Positions 28,191 to 32,000 of a stretch of 32,000 nt of DNA are shown in pieces. The notes beneath the pieces were generated by a model that saw only the letters and a program-made list of their open reading frames with translations, was not told the origin of the DNA and made no database searches. Source of the DNA: Trichodesmium erythraeum IMS101 (GTDB taxonomy: Bacteria > Cyanobacteriota > Cyanobacteriia > Cyanobacteriales > Microcoleaceae); NCBI RefSeq assembly GCF_000014265.1, contig NC_008312.1, positions 5,940,001-5,972,000 of the forward strand. Reading direction: 5' to 3'. Position 1 is the stretch's first letter. Each line of letters begins with the position of its first letter. The position numbers and the translations under genes were made by a program.

Positions 28191-28654
28191 ATATTATTAT
28201 CAATAAATGGGGCGTTTATCTTCATTTCTTGACAGTCAATTCATCTCACGCCATAATCTTTAACTTATCGTGATGCTTCTGAACAATTTAGCTAACTTTT
28301 CCCGGTCATTTTTGAGTTTTTTTTGATTCCCAAATTACTTTTAAAGTCTAGCAGATAAAATATTTTTTCATAATTATTCAGGTATAGCTAAAGAGCAAAC
28401 CTTGCAAAGGTTTATAAACACGTCTTAAGTACTTATGAACTAATTTGAGAGTATTAGCTGGACTTAAATTGGGATAAATATTATACTAAAAGGATAGATA
28501 TTGCTCTTCTAATATTTCAAGAGGTGATATATAAAGCAAATACTAGTGTAACCCTAAGTATTCTAGTTTTAAAGATGTCTAACAAAATTTTTAGAAGAAG
28601 CTGGAATCATAGCTGACTTATTGAAAAGATTATTGAAGCTCAATAAATAATAAA

Positions 28655-31600
28655 ATGGAAACTAACTATAAACTTACTAAGCAAATATATGAAAGTCCTA
28701 ATTCCTTAGTTTTTCAAGGCTTATTAAAACCAAATAATCAACCTATTATTCTGAAGTTTCTTAAAGAAAACTATCCTACACCTTCAGAACTAACTCGTTA
28801 TAAACAAGAATATGAAATTACTCGTTCTTTAAATAAGAGAGAGCAGATAATTATCGTTTATGATTTACACCGATATAACAATAGTTTAGTCATACTTTTA
28901 GAAGACTTTGGCGGTAAATCTTTAAAGTTATTATTACCCCAAACTCAATTCACATTAGAAGAATTTCTCACTATTGCTATTCAGATAACTAAAGGTTTAG
29001 CAGTAATTCATACAAATAATATCATCCACAAAGATATCAACCCTTCCAATATTATCTATAATCCTCAAACAGGTCAACTAAAAATCATCGACTTTGGCAT
29101 TTCTACCCGCTTATCCCAAGAATTTATCAAAGTTTTTCCCCCTCATCAACTAGAAGGAACTTTAGCATATATCGCCCCAGAACAAACAGGTAGAATGAAC
29201 CGAGGAATAGATTATCGCAGTGACTTTTATGCTCTTGGCGTGACTTTTTATGAGCTTTTAACCAATCAACTTCCTTTTGAAACAAATGACTCAATAGAGT
29301 TAGTTCATTGTCATATTGCACAACAACCTTTACCACCCCATAAACTAAATCCTAATATTCCTAATTCTCTATCTAATATCATCATCAAATTGTTAGCTAA
29401 ATCTCCAGAAGAAAGATATCAAAATGCTTTAGGAATTGAAGCTGACTTAAAAAAATGTCTCAGTCAGTTAGAATCTTTAGGAAAAATTTCTGAGTTTACT
29501 TTAGGTAGTCAAGATATTTCTAAAAAGTTTCATATTTCCCAAAAACTCTATGGTCGAGAACAGGAAATAGCTCAACTTTTAAACACATTTGAGAAGGTTA
29601 CTCAAGGAACAACAGAAATGATTCTAATTTCTGGTTATTCAGGAATTGGTAAATCTGCTTTAGTTAATGAAATTCACAAACCTATTACACAAAAACGAGG
29701 ACAATTTATTAAGGGAAAATTCGACCAATTACAGCGAGATATTCCCTATTCAGCTATTTCTCAAGCTTTTCACGACTTAATCTATCAACTACTAAGTGAA
29801 GCAGAAATAACCCTAAAAATTTGGGAAAAAAAGATTCTAGAAGCTGTAGGAAATAATGGTCAAATTCTGATTGATGTAATTCCTGAACTCGAAAAAATTA
29901 TCGGGCAGCAACCACCAGTTGAACACCTAGATAGAAGTGAAAGTCAAAATCGTTTTAATTTATATTTTCAAAGATTTCTGAAAGTTTTTTGTGAGAAAGA
30001 ACACCCTCTAGTTATCTTTATTGATGATTTACAATGGGCAGACTTACCCTCTCTAAATTTAATAGAGCAATTAATGTCAAATTCTGACAACCAATATTTT
30101 CTGATGCTGGGGGCATATAGAAATAATGAAGTTAGTTCAACCCATCCTTTAGTAAATACCTTAAATAAAATTAAGCAAGGAAAAGTTATAGTTAATGAAA
30201 TTAGCCTTTCGCCCTTAAAATTTACCCACATTAATCAATTAATTGCTGATACCCTCAGTTGCAGCTCAGAAATTTCAAAACCTTTAGCTAAGTTAATTGG
30301 GAAAAAAACCAATGGTAATCCTTTTTTCCTAACTCAACTTCTCTATTATTTGTATCAAGAAAGTTTGCTAGTATTTCAGGACCCTCAGTCTTTAATTAAT
30401 ACAAAAAAACATCAAAAATGTTATTGGCAATGGGATATAGAAAAGATTAAAAGGGTATCTATTACCGATAATGTAGTAGAATTGATGGTAAGTAAAATTG
30501 AAAAATTAGAGCTAAAAACTCAAAATATTCTCAAATTAGCAGCTTGTATTGGTAACCAATTTAATTTAGAAATTCTTTCGATTATTAATAGAAAATCTCA
30601 AATAATTACTGCCCAAGAATTAGAATATGCAATTCAGGAAGGACTAATAAATCCTCTGGATAATAACTATAAAATCGTTTTACTTTGGAATGCTGAAGAA
30701 TTATCAAATGAGCTACTAGAAAACTATTTGGAATCAGCCAAGTACGTCCCCTACAAATTTTTGCATGACCGAGTTCAACAAGCTGCCTATTCTTTAATTC
30801 CAGAAGATCAGAAAAATAAATTACATTTACAAATAGGTCGTCTACTACTGAGAAATATTGGAGAAGATGAGTTAGAAAAGAAGATATTTGATATTGTTAA
30901 TCAATTGAATGAAGGGAGTGCTTTAATAACTAAAAAATCAGAAAGATATGAATTAGTTAAACTTAATCTTAAAGCAGGTAAAAAAGCTAAAGCTTCAACA
31001 GCTTATGCACCAGCTTTAAGATACTTAGAAACTGGTTTAGAACTATTAGAGGAAAATAGCTGGCAGAATCATTATCAATTGACTTTAGAACTTCATGTAG
31101 AAACCTTAGAAATTTTATATTTAAATGCCAAGTGGGAGCAAACTGAAGAATTATCTAGAACTATTCTGCAAAAAGGTCAAAATATTCTTGATAAGGTTAA
31201 AGTTTATGAGTTAATTATTATGTCTTATTTTGCTCAATTTAAGACACAGAAAGCAATTAATACTGCTTTGAAAGCTTTAACAAAACTGGGTGTATCTTTA
31301 TCCCAAGAAGTTGTTAGTGAAAGTGAAATAAAAAATAGGATTAAACAAGAAAATGAATCACTAAAATTGAAATTAAAAAGAAAAACAATTGCCGAATTAG
31401 CTGATTTGCCAGAATTAACTGATCCTTATAAACTAGCAGCCATATCAATATTGCAGCAAGTTAGGACTTCAACAGTGACAACAAATATGTCATTATTTGT
31501 AGAGATACTTTTAACTCAACTAAGTCTTTGTATAAAATATAATAATCCTCCTCAAGCTGCTGCTATTTATGTTTCTTATGGAGCGCTTCTATATGGAGTA

Positions 31601-32000
31601 ATAGGAGATATTGATTCTGGGTATCAGTTTGGAAAACTGTCTCTCAGATTACTAGAGAAATACAATGTTACTAAATTTGAAGCTTTAGTAATTCATAACT
31701 TTTTTGCATATATATGGCATTGGAGAAAGCTGATAAATGACAAGATAGTAGAAGAAAAATTACTTAATACTATACAGAAAGGTATCAATATAGGAAGTAA
31801 TGAATATGTTTGTTATACCTGTTTGTTATATTGCCTTCTCAGGTTTTTTAGAGGAGTTAATTTAGAGCAAGTTAAGGAGGATTTTATAACATATACTGAG
31901 GTAGTTAAAAAAATTGATCAAAAATTTTCTATCAATCAGATAGAAATGCTGAAAAATATTACGGAAAACTTAAGAAATGAAAGCCAATATAAATACTGTT
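28655..32000 (+). CDS. Ser/Thr protein kinase + AAA_16 (STAND) ATPase + helical/TPR-like repeat multidomain sensor protein, 3'-partial (continues past the window)
   Basis: Manual translation from ATG 28655 (in-frame TGA at 28634) stays open for 1,115 codons to the window end. The supplied track does not list it because the ORF has no stop codon in the window. Kinase motifs: IILKFLK, HKDINPSNII, IDFGIS, LAYIAPEQ. Then YGREQE...ILISGYSGIGKSAL (Walker A) and LVIFIDDLQWAD (Walker B), followed by a long helical region. Minus-strand ORFs 29127..29336 and 29968..30231 are shadows. Confidence 0.85.
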   Translation, partial: METNYKLTKQIYESPNSLVFQGLLKPNNQPIILKFLKENYPTPSELTRYKQEYEITRSLNKREQIIIVYDLHRYNNSLVILLEDFGGKSLKLLLPQTQFTLEEFLTIAIQITKGLAVIHTNNIIHKDINPSNIIYNPQTGQLKIIDFGISTRLSQEFIKVFPPHQLEGTLAYIAPEQTGRMNRGIDYRSDFYALGVTFYELLTNQLPFETNDSIELVHCHIAQQPLPPHKLNPNIPNSLSNIIIKLLAKSPEERYQNALGIEADLKKCLSQLESLGKISEFTLGSQDISKKFHISQKLYGREQEIAQLLNTFEKVTQGTTEMILISGYSGIGKSALVNEIHKPITQKRGQFIKGKFDQLQRDIPYSAISQAFHDLIYQLLSEAEITLKIWEKKILEAVGNNGQILIDVIPELEKIIGQQPPVEHLDRSESQNRFNLYFQRFLKVFCEKEHPLVIFIDDLQWADLPSLNLIEQLMSNSDNQYFLMLGAYRNNEVSSTHPLVNTLNKIKQGKVIVNEISLSPLKFTHINQLIADTLSCSSEISKPLAKLIGKKTNGNPFFLTQLLYYLYQESLLVFQDPQSLINTKKHQKCYWQWDIEKIKRVSITDNVVELMVSKIEKLELKTQNILKLAACIGNQFNLEILSIINRKSQIITAQELEYAIQEGLINPLDNNYKIVLLWNAEELSNELLENYLESAKYVPYKFLHDRVQQAAYSLIPEDQKNKLHLQIGRLLLRNIGEDELEKKIFDIVNQLNEGSALITKKSERYELVKLNLKAGKKAKASTAYAPALRYLETGLELLEENSWQNHYQLTLELHVETLEILYLNAKWEQTEELSRTILQKGQNILDKVKVYELIIMSYFAQFKTQKAINTALKALTKLGVSLSQEVVSESEIKNRIKQENESLKLKLKRKTIAELADLPELTDPYKLAAISILQQVRTSTVTTNMSLFVEILLTQLSLCIKYNNPPQAAAIYVSYGALLYGVIGDIDSGYQFGKLSLRLLEKYNVTKFEALVIHNFFAYIWHWRKLINDKIVEEKLLNTIQKGINIGSNEYVCYTCLLYCLLRFFRGVNLEQVKEDFITYTEVVKKIDQKFSINQIEMLKNITENLRNESQYKYC

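Overview
AT-rich cyanobacterial chromosome segment. It carries at least 10 copies of the HIP1 octamer GCGATCGC, and only about half of the 32 kb is intact coding sequence. The rest is spacer and decayed mobile DNA. This profile fits a Trichodesmium-like filamentous marine cyanobacterium (inference only).

Content from left to right:
- A Pho-box-controlled, Tat-exported PhoX alkaline phosphatase (+).
- A complete beta-carboxysome cluster on the minus strand: ccmK2-ccmK1-ccmL-ccmM-[LMW-PTP-family gene]-ccmN-ccmO. It is stretched by 0.4-0.9 kb spacers and bracketed by two 5'-truncated TnpB (IS200/IS605) relics.
- A divergent CO2-uptake-type ndhF (+). It is followed not by ndhD/cupA-B but by a MITE-like element and about 4.5 kb of IS630-, ISAs1- and IS1-family transposase pseudogenes.
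- A GPH-family symporter.
- A small secreted protein with a 317-bp tandem duplication.
- An S33 alpha/beta hydrolase.
- A decayed REC-GGDEF gene.
- An HTH + AAA-like (STAND-type) ATPase (-).
- An IS200 TnpA relic.
- A Ser/Thr-kinase + AAA_16 ORF of more than 1,115 codons. It runs off the window end and is absent from the supplied ORF track.

I found no CRISPR array, reverse transcriptase, toxin-antitoxin pair or clean multi-gene defence operon, so no convincing new system can be claimed. The best leads are:
- the phosphatase gene embedded in the carboxysome operon;
- a CcmN linker expanded by near-identical 69-bp repeats;
- a perfect GC-rich 10-bp inverted repeat bracketing ccmM;
- a dispersed ~130-nt repeat with a nearly invariant 33-nt core;
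- structured elements in the long ccm spacers;
- the divergent STAND ATPase / kinase-ATPase pair.
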